Position numbers and translations under genes: made by a program. Below are positions 51,130 through 64,000 of a DNA stretch of 64,000 nucleotides, piece by piece. How positions within the stretch are numbered: position 1 is the first letter of the stretch; every line of letters begins with the position of its first letter. This DNA comes from Camelus dromedarius (taxonomy: Eukaryota): contig NC_087436.1 in NCBI RefSeq assembly GCF_036321535.1, positions 36,272,001 to 36,336,000 on the forward strand, given 5' to 3'. The notes under the pieces are model-generated. The model made no database searches. It was not told the DNA's origin and saw only the letters and a program-made list of their open reading frames with translations.

Positions 51130-52369
51130 CAGAAATAGAAATAAGGCTCTGATGATGGAAGCAATGGAAGCAACAGATGACAATATTGTAGGACACACTT
51201 CGGAGAGTCAGAAAAATCCCGATAATGAAGAAGACAGTAATCTGATTTGAGCAAGAGTAGAGACCATTTTCTTACCTACGACTGGCTAGGCTTGTGGTGT
51301 GTGTGCGTGTGCGTGTGCGTGTGCGCTCACACCAGCCACTGTGTATGAATAATACTGCCTTTCCCCACAACTGTGTATTTTTGGTAAATATGTAGTATGA
51401 AACTATGAATAAGTTGCATATTTAGTCATTATTTCTCAAAATAAGTTCAGTCCTCCTTCAAGTCCTTTTTATTTACTTATTTATGTTTCATGAAGTGTAG
51501 GTTGAAGAATACCATCAAGTGTCTGAAATGGGTTGACACTACCTAATTAATGTAGCCAAAATTCTTTGCCCTAATTATGTAAAACATAATAAAGAGGATC
51601 TGCTAAACAATTCTTTTTTTAAAATCTGGATATGTGAGGTGCTGCAGAAACAAAACTTGTTCTTGATGTCCCTGAATATTTTCTACTTATTGTTTCAGTA
51701 TTATATTGTGGAATCCTTCATGTCATCTATTTTTTCAAAATTCAATTATTTAGATTAATTTGGAAATTCAGTTCAAATGACTACTCGTTCTCATGTTGTA
51801 AGTCTATGTTGAGCAGTACTAAATATCTATCTTGCAAAGAATTTAAATGTCCTAATTAAAATCTTGTAGCCAGTATTAATTATAATCAGTAAAATCTCCA
51901 TTTTAAAGCTTCTGCCAACTTTTAAATAGTTTCAGAAAATTTCTAGATCAGTAGTCTTGCTTCCTTGCATCCTTTTTTTCAAAACTAGAAAATCTAAATG
52001 CTCCTAAGTAGAGCAGATGCCTATGAGTAAGTAAAATAGGTAACATGACGACCGTGACGTATGATTTGGGGAATAGGAAAGATGCAGAATGTTGTAACGT
52101 GCTTTTCCACATTGGACATGATTTGGATTATTTCTGGCTTATGATAAAGTTGGAATCATTGTCTCTATAGCATATAATTAACAGACATACAGAGTGCGTT
52201 GTGGAAAAAGACAACTAATTTCTAATCCTCAAGTCACCGTTTAATTAGATTGGACACTTTGGCCATGTCACGAACTTCTCTGGGTTTTCTATTGCAGCCT
52301 ATATAAAAGGTGGATAAGGAAATTATCTGTCTGAAAAGTACTACTGGACTGCTGAAAACCCATATGATA

Positions 52370-53380
52370 AGGGAAAACATTTTATTTGTGAAATACGTAA
52401 AACCTATAGAAAATTAATTAATTGGTACCATGCAGTTACAGCCCAGATTTAAAAGATGGAGAACAATCTGCTGACATTGGCACAGATCTCATTTCATATT
52501 AAAAAAATAAAACATTACAGATATAGCACAAGCCACACCCTTCCCTCCAGGATCATTTTTCTCTCTCTTCTCAGAAGTAGTTGGTGTGTATCATTTCCAG
52601 GCATATGTTTGTGCTTTTACCATAAAAGTATGTACCCCTAAAATTATAAAATATTGTTTTGGGTACTTCAAATATTACATGATAGCATGTATAAATATCC
52701 TTTGACAGCTTGATTTTTCACTTGACATTATATTGTGGAGATTTATTTACATTGACATATGTTAATATTGTTCTTTCATTTCAACTGCTCTATAGAATTC
52801 TGTTATGTAAACAGTTTATCTCTCTATAGGAAGTCTGATTGTTTCCATATTTTTACTATTAGGCATAACACTATAATGAACATCCTGACTTACATTTCTT
52901 TCATGAATATGCGTAAGAACTTTTCTAGGATAGCCACTGTCTTCATCAGCTTCAGCTGCCATAATAAAATACCATAGACTGGTGGTTTAAACAACAAAAA
53001 ATCATTTTTTTCACAGTTCTAGAGGCTGGAAGTCCAACATCAGAGTGTCAGCATGGTTGGATTCTGGTGAAAACTCTTTTCCTGGATTGTAGATGGTCAC
53101 CTTCTAGCTATGTTCTCACAAGGCAGAGGGGAGAGAGAGTTCTCATCATACCAGTTTAGGGCCCCATCCTTATGATCTCATTTAAACTTAATTACATACT
53201 AAGGGTCCTATCTCCAGATACAGTCTTATGTGGGTTAAGGCTTCAACATCTGCATTTTAGGACATAATTCAGTCCAGTCCTAGTGGTGGGCTATGTGAAA
53301 TCTGTATCTTCAACTTTTCTAGATATTTCCAAATTAATTTCCAAAGTGGTTGTAATAATTTACAGATGCTCCAGCAAGTA
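52370..53380 (-). mobile_element. Old L1 fragment with a MaLR LTR (about 52937-53275)
   Basis: The insert contains aaataccatagactggtggtttaaacaac...cacagttctagaggctggaagtcc. Confidence 0.65.
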
Positions 53381-55514
53381 TACAGAAGAAGGGGTATTTT
53401 TAACTAGAAGAACTAAACAATCCCAAATGGAAGATAGAGGGTATGATCTTTTCAAAATGCAACTTCTTTTTGCTTGTCCATCAATATCTGAGAAGTCTTC
53501 TTCCAAGTAGCTGTCTAAGTATTGGCTTCTGCCAATCAGTTCTTTTGCTTGTAGCCATAGTACTACATAGAGTGGTCTGTTCTCTTTAATCCTAATATAA
53601 AAACCATTGACCGTACTCAATCCAATAGAGCTTCATTAGAGGCCAGTGATGTGGAGTAGAACGACTCAATGGATTCAAAGTGATGGCTAGTGCTTTCCCA
53701 GAGAAGCCAGGTCTGGTATGCTGGGGACAAGTGGAACAAAGAGTTTCAAGTCCATTGCCATATAGCCCCCCTCAAGCTCCCAATCATCTCTGGTTCCAGC
53801 TGTGAAAAGCCAGAGTTCTCTGACATCCACAGTGCCATCTGTTTTTGCAAATAGGATATTTAATTTTCCTTAAAAATGGCTTAAACAGCATTTGAACCCC
53901 TCCCTCTCATTCACTTTGTCACTGCCTCTCTCCTAACTTAGCATCTTGCTCTCTCATTTCTTCAGCATCCAGGAGCTCTATTTTCCTTTTGTTAATGCGA
54001 TTCCTTCTCACGCAAGCCCAAGGAAGTTTTATTTGCCCCCCAAGGTACTCGTCTGTGAATTAAGAAGAGGCTGATGAGAGAAAGAGATGGTTTCTTACGT
54101 TTCAATCGTGTAGACAGTCTATGAATCAAAAGGGATTTTTCAGAGTGAGTTAAGCAATCTATTTTCCTTCCCGTATGTGTCACCATTTTTCTGGAAACTC
54201 TTAGTTATCAGGTAAAACTTGACTTCAGGAGGTTCTCTGACAGCTTAATCATGTCCTACGCTGGATCCCACAGTGAAGCCAGAAAGCTGAAAGTGTTTGC
54301 CGCTCTCATTTCCACGGCAACTGTCTGAAGGCCAAATATAGGATCGCATTTCGCTGTAGGTCCCAGCAGAAGAAGGAACTGTGTGGTAAGGAAAACCCCT
54401 TTTAGTCAGAAATTTTTCTTTAGGAGGTCAAGACCTTTGAAAAATTAATGGAAAAGTACCAAACCATACCTTTACATACATATTTTTAATGCTGCATTGG
54501 TCTTAACTAGGGAATTTTACACTTGTGTGTCATAATGAATCCATTTCCCCTTTGCTGTCCCTCGCTCCCCCTTTCCATGTCTGTCAGTCTATCCGTTCCT
54601 TATTCTTTCCACTGTAATGCAGTGCCTCTCTAACCCAGCAGGAACCGGAAAAATATTTTTAAATGAATACATGTGACTAGTTATGAATAATCTCATACAT
54701 ACAGGTGGCTCTCTGAGCAGTAAGCGAAGAAATACCCGTCCAATGATCGCTATGCAGATTCCCTGCACTATCTAGGGAACGAGGAAGTTCTCTGAGCAAG
54801 AGTCAACATGGGGCAGTTGAACAGTTCTCCAGTCCCTCCTGCCTTAGAGCTTTATTATTTCATCTCAAAGATTGAATTTTTAGAGCATTCCTCTCAAATT
54901 CAAATAAGATCTTTCTTTGGATGAGCTACCATTAACTTTGGCATGAAACATCAAGAAATCATTAAAATGCCTCCCTTTTGGAAGGAAGGAGAGACTGTGT
55001 CCATGCCATACTGTTGGGCAGCACACATAATCCACATGGGAAGGCTTGGGTTTAAGGTTGTTGCCACCTTCAAAGGAAAGACTGAACATTTCTGTGTATC
55101 AGGCTGTTTGACTTCTGACGGCCACAATCTTAATTTCTACTCCCTAGGAGCGGTTCTATATAAAAAGGATCTTGGAATTTTATTTATATATTTATACATG
55201 TGTATTCTACATAAATAATATATATATTTATTACATATAATATGGCAAATAAGCATCATTTTTTTATAGTTAGAAATTAAATAGAGACACACATGTGATC
55301 ATTATTAGGACACTTCTTTTGAAAGCACTGAGTAACCTGTTAAAATCCATGTCATTCATCAACTCCTTTATCAGAGTCAAAGAGAGACAGGGAAGTAAGG
55401 CAGTTATCCAGCCAGCATGAAACTCTTCATACTATTGCAACACAGTTGTCTCTTTGATCTATGTTTTTAGCTCCCATTTATTATTTCTTTGTGCTCATTT
55501 GCCAAGTTTCTTTA

Positions 55515-55828
55515 CAGTTAGCTTTCCATATCTGTAGGATCTGTATCCACGGATTCAGCCATGTATTAAAAATATTGTGGGGAAAAAAATTCCAGAAAGT
55601 TTAATAAAGCAAAACTTGAATTTACCTCACCTGGCAAATATTTACACAGCATTTACATTGCATCGTAAGTGACCCAATGATGATTTAAAGTCTATAGGAG
55701 GATATGCATAGGTTACATGCAAACACTACTAACGCCATTTTCTATAAGGGACTTGAGCACCTGCAGACTTTGGTATCCAAGGTGGGTCCTGGAACCAATC
55801 CTCTGGGATACTGAGGGATGACTGACTG
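55515..55828. mobile_element. MER2-type Tigger MITE
   Basis: CAG...CTG ends flanked by TA (55513-55514 and 55829-55830); body aagcaaaacttgaattt...aagggacttgagca. Confidence 0.8.
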
Positions 55829-58539
55829 TATTTCATTTCTCACAATTTATGATAATTTTTTAGAAACACTGAGTAAACTTTAACATTGTTAAGAAACAAG
55901 TCCTGGAAGGGAGCTCCTACAAAAGTGGACCAAAAAGATAAAAACCTGTTTATGGTGTAGCAAAATTTCTCCCCAAGTTGTCCTCAATCAAGCTGTTAAC
56001 ATGAAGAGCCACCTTCTTAAGTGCTCAAACACTAAAAAGGAATTGTACATATATAATTGCTATATTACACTCTTGTTGATTAGTATATATATATTAGTGT
56101 ATGTATATATGTGCATACAGACACACTTATGAAACCAATCATTTGTATCTACAGTTTCTTGGTTTCATTTTGCTTCCTTGGCTGCATGGATATTTTTGTT
56201 CTTGGACCCCAAAGTGCAGAGTGTTTTACTTTTGTTTATTAATACTGTTGACAGTAATAACAATGTCTTAGTTTAATATTGAAATTCTTATTAGTGGATG
56301 GTTTCTTTATATGTGTAATATGACATCTCAAATTATATCAGCAGTAAGAGAGATTTTACTATGACCTGTAAACTACTACAGTTTTGCTATGATTTCTAAA
56401 AGGAACAGGTGAAATTTGAGAGGTGTTAGGGCTAGATGGCCTGCCCACCTCCTCCAAAGCTTAGGACGACATACATCTCAGAAGAGTGTGTGCTGGTGCC
56501 CATGTTCTTCGGGGGATGTCTGACCCTGGGATCCCACCTTCCTTCTTGGCCTCCCGACAACTGGTGGCTCATGACATTGGAGTGTGTGGGGAGTGGCTAA
56601 AAGCAGTGCCAGGTTCTAGAAGCATCCCCATTTCTGTAATTCAAAGAGAGGAGTATTTTGATCTCTTTTAAAGAGAATCCAGTCACTCCTGTGACTGTGG
56701 GAGGTGCGTAGAGGTATATGGCCCCTGGGCACGTGGAGCCAGGGTCAAACTCTGCAGGGGCTTTCTTTCCCTTGCTTGTCCCTGCTTCTCTCAGAATGTC
56801 CATGCTCTCCCACACACTGCAGATGAGCTGCTTCCACACAGGAGCAGTCAGCCACCCACTGCACCAAAGCCTCCCACAGAGAAGGGCCAGGATCTGTGCG
56901 GCTCACCTGGCTGCTGGCAGGGGCTTCCATTGGCCCAGCTTGGGGCCAGAGGACAGTAAGGATGGGTAGTAATCCTGAGCCACTCAAGAGTGTGTAAGAA
57001 CATGACATTCCCGAGAGGGTTTTTAAAATGCTTTGGGAGGTACTCAGTTGCTTCACAAGATGGCCTCACTTAGTCTTTAAGCCCTTTTGAGTTATCTAGG
57101 GGTGAGGTCTCACAATGTCTGTAACCAGTATTTGGGCTCTATGTAAAACATGATACATAGATTCAAACTCATTTTTTAAAATACCAGCTATATTTTAAAA
57201 AATATCAGCTACATCCCAGGGCTGGAAAATCTCATAGTTTAAAAAATCTTAATAAATTTTTATAGTTCTATGATTATCAGTAATATGTTTTACTGTCTAT
57301 AAAACTTATAGGGAAAATTATCAAATGAGAACTTACATAATCTTTTTTTTTTTTTTTTAGCATAGGAGGCTCTTAAGAGACACAGACAATGGAAAGAAAT
57401 GGCTGTCAACAAATTTAAGAAGAAAATTCTAGTAATAAACAGAATGAACAAATGTCTATACTAAATAGTTTGATTTGTTAAAAATATGAAATTTAAAAAT
57501 TAATAAAGTTTTAACTGAATAAAAGACTTAATGTTAGTTAATACAGTGATCTTATTGAAGGCAGACTTTGTACTAGAATGAGTTTGTATCAGTTGAAGCT
57601 AAGGATAGGGAGCAGTTAAATCTCTGAGCTCTGAACTGAGCAGAATAAATTAAGGCATTTTTATGCAATTTTTAAAGAAATGCAACACACAGACACTTTT
57701 AAGTACCTCTCTTGGTTTCTCTAAAATCAACTTCTATGTCCCTCTTCTAACAAAACATGAGTACTACTCCTGCAGGAAAGAACCTGAGAGACTTCCAAAA
57801 GATGAGTCATTGTGAAATGGAAGGGTCTCCCCTTCAAGACACAAAAGGAAGTTGCATTCAACATGCACCGAGGCTTCCTCAGTCAGGGAAGAGGAAGAAT
57901 TCCCCAACAGGAATAATGAACAGAAGAAGCTGGGTCTTAGGAGTTCTATATGCCAGCTCCCCTGGTCTGGTTCCCCCAGCTCTCTGACTGATGATGTATC
58001 TAGCAAGGATCACCAGCCAAATGAGAGAAATCGAGCACTTACTTATTAATCTGCACAAGGATTTTTTTTTTTTTAATTCCCTGGTTAAAGGATTTTGGAT
58101 ACTCTGTGATGGGAACTCATCCAGGCCTGAAACTAAAGTGGGATTTCCTGTTGCCTTTGCTAACATGACACGTGGGAACTGTAGGTTCAGGTATGTCTGG
58201 GAGGGAGGGAGGGAGAGAGAGAGACTGCAGAGCAGACTTCACATCCATGAAGGCAAACAGTCGTGCTGGAGGAGACCCAGCTGAGGGAGAGTGGCGGGTC
58301 TTCACTGCTTTTCGGTATTGTGATCCTGCCCGCCTGGGAAAGGAGGCCCAGTGAACGGTAGGCTTTAACCATCCAGCCACTCGTCTTTCTTTGGAAAGAG
58401 CACACAAGGAGAAGGGGTGAGGCACGTAAAGAGCACAGGAGACCTGAGCAGAGGGTGAAACCCGTTCTCCCTTGTGCCCTGGGCATTACTGGTATCATTC
58501 AGTTATACTGTGCGGTTAAATGGGCTTTTAAAAACCAAT

Positions 58540-58820
58540 TTTTTATTGAAATATAGTTGATATACAATATTAGGAAGTTTCAGGTGTACATATATAGTGA
58601 TTTGACATTTAAATGAATGACGAAATGATCACTAGGATGAGTCTAGTAACCATCTGTCCCCATACTAAGTTATTATGGTGTGGTTGACCATTTTGTGTGG
58701 TATATCCCCGTGACTTATTTATTTTATAATTGTAAGTTTGTACCTCTTAGTACCTTCACCTATTTTGTCCACACCCCCTACCCTTCTCCCCTCTGGCAAC
58801 CACCCGTTGGTTCTATCTGT
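58540..58820 (-). mobile_element. L1 3' end
   Basis: ttttttattgaaatatagttgatatacaat...gtttcaggtgtaca. Confidence 0.75.
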
Positions 58821-59217
58821 GTCTTACTTATCATAAATGGGCTTTTGTACATTTGCCCAGAAACACTGTGATATTGTTTCTGTAGGAAAAGGTGCTCTGA
58901 ATTCTAAATAAGTGACTCGAAGTTCTGGACTGCAACACAGCAAGCAGCTTTAGCTGCTTTCCAAATGAACTGTGTGTGCTGTACAAAATTATGTGTAGGA
59001 GGCGGCTCTGTCAGCAGTGACTGGGCAGCCCTCTAGAGTTCTACAGGAGAGCCTATGTACATTTTTCGCTTAGACTATGCCAGGAAATACATATATTTCA
59101 GGGCAAAATATAAATCAGAATTAATTCAGTAACATTAAGCTAGCAAATACAGTCCAAGGGAAAATTATTCGAGAAATAATAGCATTTTTTCCTGGTTTAA
59201 ATTCTACCACATCTTCA

Positions 59218-59530
59218 CTGTATTAGAAAAATGACAGTATCACTTAGCTTTTAGTGCATTATAAACCTCACCCCTAAATTCAGTGGCTTAAAACAAAAAC
59301 TATATGACTCACATGTCTGTGAGAGGCAATGTTCAAGGCCTCTTAAGGACTGGGCTCACATTATCATTTCCCTTCCATTCTGTTGCCCAAGGCAAGTCAC
59401 ATGGCTAAACTCAAAGTCAAGGGGAGGGGAAATCTATTCTGCTCCCTTAGTGGGAAGAATTGCAAGGTCGTGGCAAAAGACACGGACACAGGAAGGGGCA
59501 GCGACTTGGAGGCAGTGATGCAGGCTACCA
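59218..59530 (-). mobile_element. MLT1-type LTR relic
   Basis: cagtggcttaaaacaa...gcaagtcacatggc...agtcaaggggaggggaaat. Confidence 0.55.
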
Positions 59531-60625
59531 CAATGATCACTGATGCAATGAACTAAATTAGATATAGACACTGCTCCTTCAAGAGTCAGGTGTCTGTGAA
59601 TATATGGGGGTTACGGATCAGGGAGAGGGGAGAGTAAGCTTTTGAGCGGCATGTCTTACAAAGGCACAATGCCTAAACCTGCCATTTAAAGATTCAAGAT
59701 GCCCTGAATCTAAGAGTATTTTGAAGCATTTGATCCATTGGTCCTGCAGAGGAGCTGGGGGCCGCTTTCTTCATCTCAGAGCTGTGACAAATAAGCCCGC
59801 CGGGAACTTTCTCATCAAGTCGGGTTAATGGGAGGTGGATGTCTGGTAGAGGCAGGAACACCTGAGGGGTTAGTCACCATGGGAAATATGTACATTGTCT
59901 TACCAGCTTTGAGGAGTCCCGGTTACTTGGGGGAAGTCTTAAGAAGGGCCCTGAGGTGCTAGAAATATGCCTCTGGCTCATTATCCTTATCAGGGTTACA
60001 AAGAGGAAAAAATGATAAAGTAATTGGTTTGGTGACTATTCTTAACTTTTGTTGGAGGGGGTTGTATAAATATAAAAGTTTTATATTTTCCTGTAACTCC
60101 CCTGGCAGTTGTACTAAATGAGCCCATCCCTCAACCTTTTCCTCCAGTATTGGCTTCTTTAACAATACATTGGCCATTTAAAAAATTTTTTTCTGCCTAT
60201 TTTGGTTACTAGAACCGTCTAATTCTGGCATTTACGATTTAGTCCTGTTCTCAAACTTGATTCAAAGTTCACCTCCTCCTTCCTCAGCTCAGGCTCAATC
60301 CGCCTGAAGGGACCATGAGTGGCTCTGTACCCATACCCTCCTCCTGCTTCCAGCTGTGTTTCAAGTGGGGGAAGTGGGAGAGGGGAGGAGGGGCAGAGTG
60401 GCAGACTACTTCTTGGTTGACCACGACTACACTTCTGTTCAGTGTCTACAGAGCTGATGAGGAGGCCCCAACATCCTTCCCAGACAGCAGGCATGTTGGC
60501 ATGGGGAGAGGGAGCTGATTCCAGTGCAGCAGCCCCTTTAGGCACTGGCCATCTGTTCTAGGTGACCCCTAGTTGTGGCATTTACCCTGTGATGCATGCC
60601 CCTCTTTGCCAGCATCCTCCTTCCC

Positions 60626-60626
<1 letters not shown>

Positions 60627-60658
<32 letters not shown>
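60627..60658. repeat. (AC)16 microsatellite
   Basis: Read directly. Confidence 0.97.
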
Positions 60659-60660
<2 letters not shown>

Positions 60661-63600
60661 ATACACACTGCCTACATTGCCCAGAACCATAGCCCCAGTC
60701 CTCACCTTTCAGCAAACTGTTAGGTCAGTAGGCACACACGGGATCCATCTTCTAATGCAAACCGACAGATCACAGGCAGAGTGGTCCTTGGATGTCACCA
60801 TGCCCTTTCTCTCTAAATCACTTTGCCCCTCTTCACGTCACCTAGGAAACAAGCAACATGTCTGCTCTTGAACCAAATCTCATCATAGGGATAAAAATGT
60901 TGGTTCCCTCTTCTCGTAGGCACCCAATCTTTAGAAGAAATTCTTTCATTCCCCTTTCCCTTAGCTTTGGAAGGGGAATACTACACCTCTTTCCCTCTCA
61001 GTCCTCTTGGTGGGGTGGGTAGGGAGCAGAGGTAGGAGGTACACAGGATGGGTGGTCGGAGCAATTCTGCTACTTGAAGCTCCAGCTGAACGTGGCAGGC
61101 TCCAGGTGCTGGCAGCTCTCTGATTTTAAAGTATAGACATAGTCACTGATTTTTGCCTTTAGTCTGGAATCCTCATTGCAGTTCAAGGACAACAGGAAGT
61201 CTTACTATATGTCCTATTATCTTTGGAATCAGGCAGAACTTGTTTCAAAAGCTGGGCTATTTATTATGGGGTCTCATATTCTTCATCTGTAAAATGGTGT
61301 TACTAGAAACTACTTCTTAGGGTTCTTGTGACCATAAAATGAATGAATGAATGACATTTGGCTCACACATAAAAGGAGTTCATGAATATTAGTTACCTCT
61401 TTGCATCGTCTCATCCTCCATGTCAACCTCCTGCATCTTCCTTGCAACCACCTCTTTGCGTGTGTATATCTGTGTAGACCAATACAAATGTCTGTCTCTG
61501 TGTGTATCAAACCTAGGCCTTTGATGTTTTGGCTCTTGAATCCATGTGATGTTAAGGGTGCAGAAAAATATACTTGGGATGTAGATTTTTAACATTCAGT
61601 GGTAATAGTCCTAAGTTCTTATATGATTCATCAAGTCATAAGCTGCGAGGGTATCAAGTATGGACTTCAACTTCCTGCAGCACATTTGTGTAGGTGTATT
61701 ATTACCAGAAATCCTCCATAACGTTCACCAGTCATTTCAGTCTCTGTTTCTACAGAAATGACTGGGATGAAAGAAAAGAAAGACTGAAACAAAGAAATGT
61801 GATTGTTTTTATGTTTTACCATCAAGAATATCGTTTTAGTTCAAATGAGATCATTCAAATGAGAATAAACAAATTTAAATAAGAAAGAAGTTTTGATGCT
61901 GATTTCTAAACTGAATGGGGTTTTACCTGATAAAATCTACAAAGCAGAATATTTATCCTCAGAAAAGATCAGCTTCACAAAGTCATTAGTCATTCTTTCA
62001 CACCTTCAAATATACTAGATTTTTAAACAATTCAGTAAGTTAAGAGGTTTTTAGGATACCTGGGCTCTTTGTTTAGAAAAAGGAAAGGTAGTTCCATTAT
62101 TCACTCAACAAATATTTGTTAAGTTACAAAGTTAAAGAGTCTCTGTCCCTCTTCTCCATTGCTTTAAAATTTAAAACTTAGTCTAGTGCAGGAGAAATGA
62201 AGTAAATTAAAAAAAATCACACTTTAGTATCTTCCTATTCTCTCACCTAACACTAACACTCCATCACCAGCTCCACCAATTTTTGATACCCTCAACACCA
62301 CAATGACCACCACCACCACAAAGCAATCTTAAAGTGACCTGCTGTATCTGCCCTGCAGGAAGGTCTACAAGAATGAGAGAAATCTTGATTCATTGCTTCT
62401 CAAAGTTTCTGCAAAATCTATACAATATCGCCCTGACTTATACTAACCAAGTTAGGAGGGTATGTTATAGGTAGCATTTGGGAAAGACAGTGGACAAATA
62501 TACCAGAATACTTGTGCTCAGGTTCTGCTCTCATTTACAAATGCACTCTGTCACACACACACACTCACCTAAAAGTAACTGAGAGGCAGAATTTGCATTT
62601 GATTTTATTTTTAGACAGAGAATGCATGAGGATGCATGATAGCTATGGCTGAGTCTAACACACATGACCACCAGAGTGCTGACATAATAACAAAAAAGAA
62701 TCCATGAGTTTTATTCACACACATAGATAATGGCCAAGGAATCAGAGTGATGGGATGTTGGAATCGAAGGGTCTCAGAAGTCACTAGTCCCAATCTCTCA
62801 ATTAGGTAAGAAAACTTAGGTCTTTGTGCTGGGAAAATTTTGAAAGACGTTTAAAGAGGAAAAAAAAAAAAATCGCTGGGTGCCCTATTTAGCACACCCT
62901 TCCAGGCTGTCTGGTTCTGTAGGGGTCTGAGACCAGTCTATGAGCTGTTTTATAACTCAGTAAGTCTTAGAAAACTTACAGTAATGCAAATGATTCTTGT
63001 CCATAGAAACGCAAATTAATATTTTCCCGCAGAATACAACAGATTATGGCCCTGTGGATACTGACCCGTCTTATGTCTGTTTGCAAATTCAGTTCAGCAT
63101 TCCTAATGACCCATATACTGGATGTATTATCTTACTGGTTCCCTCATTAATGAACGTTAATAAAATCCCACCTCCCATGTTAGTTCCCCATTTAGCACAT
63201 CAAGGGACAGACTCGGCCAGACAGACCCTAGAGATTTAGTTTCTGGAGGTCTAGACATGAAGGGGAAGGCAGCAGGCTTGCTCCTTCTCTCCCCAGACGA
63301 CGGTGGGGAAAGAAAGGAGGCAGAGGCAACGGCCAGGCAACGGTCAGACGCGGGGCCCACTGCCGGTTACAGACAAATAAACAAATAAATAAAGATCTGG
63401 GTCTGTTTTAAGTGTGGTTTCCTGAACCCAGCCCAGGCCTACTGAATCAGTCTGTAAAGGTGAGCCTCATGCACACTCAGGTTTGCAAATGACTGTTCCA
63501 GACTCACAAAATACTTTGAGACTATTTAACAGGGAGGGGCTACATGAATTAAATGAGGCAAGGAGAAAAAGCCCTATGACTCTGATCTAGTTCAAATTTT

Positions 63601-63767
63601 CACAGCGAACATCCCATACATAACTATACCCTAGGTCTTCGGTGTTACGGCTTCAAATGTGGGTATAGTTTTGGCAGGATTATCTTCTATTTCATTTCCA
63701 GAAACTACCAGAGAGTGTTTTTATATGGTTCTCCAAGCCCTGTAAAGTTTTTACCTTTGATGCTGTT

Positions 63768-63905
63768 TCTTTTTGTTTTTCCCTTAGGTGGGGGAGGGTG
63801 TGTGTGTTAGGTTTATTTACTTATTTATTTTAATGGAGGCACTGGGGATTAAACTCAGCACCTGGTGTGCTAAGCATGTGCTGTACCACTGAGCTATACC
63901 CCCCC
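63768..63905 (-). mobile_element. tRNA-Ala-derived SINE (camelid type), same family as 13845
   Basis: Reverse complement: gggggggtatagctcagtggtacagcacatgcttagca...tttaatccccagtgcctccattaaaataaataagtaaataaacctaa. Confidence 0.8.
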
Positions 63906-64000
63906 AACACTATTTCTAATGGTAGCTGCAGGACGCCCCACCAGCCCCTGCTTCAGTAGGGAAGAATTAAAGTCAGGATCCTTCTCTACTGGGAATCTGT

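Noticed and set aside
1..64000. CRISPR arrays, operons or other prokaryote-type systems
   Set aside because: Intron-containing mammalian DNA; I saw no repeat-spacer array or foreign gene cluster.

Overview
Mammalian genomic DNA, probably camelid (two tRNA-Ala-derived SINEs with the camelid-type tail; inference). Two ciliary genes sit head-to-head around a CpG-rich promoter at about 42.05-42.83 kb. BBS12 is on the minus strand: one 714-codon coding exon (33050-30906), a 5' acceptor at 33060/33061 and a predicted non-coding exon 1 near 42.2-42.3 kb. Centrin-4 (CETN4) is on the plus strand: five exons (42602-45524) spliced by hand into an intact 168-aa, four-EF-hand protein that the ORF track misses. 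An old two-LTR ERVL-class provirus (27609-30781, near-perfect 5-bp TSD, dead protease motif) lies 124 bp past the BBS12 stop. The rest is mostly L1, L2, MIR, MaLR/ERV LTRs, DNA-transposon relics and microsatellites; repeat subfamily names are from recall and many boundaries are approximate. I see no evidence of a wholly new gene system. The best leads are regulatory: mirror-image RFX X-boxes and paired CCAAT boxes in the shared promoter, splice-dependent uORFs at the BBS12 start, and an isolated CTCF/E-box element downstream of CETN4.
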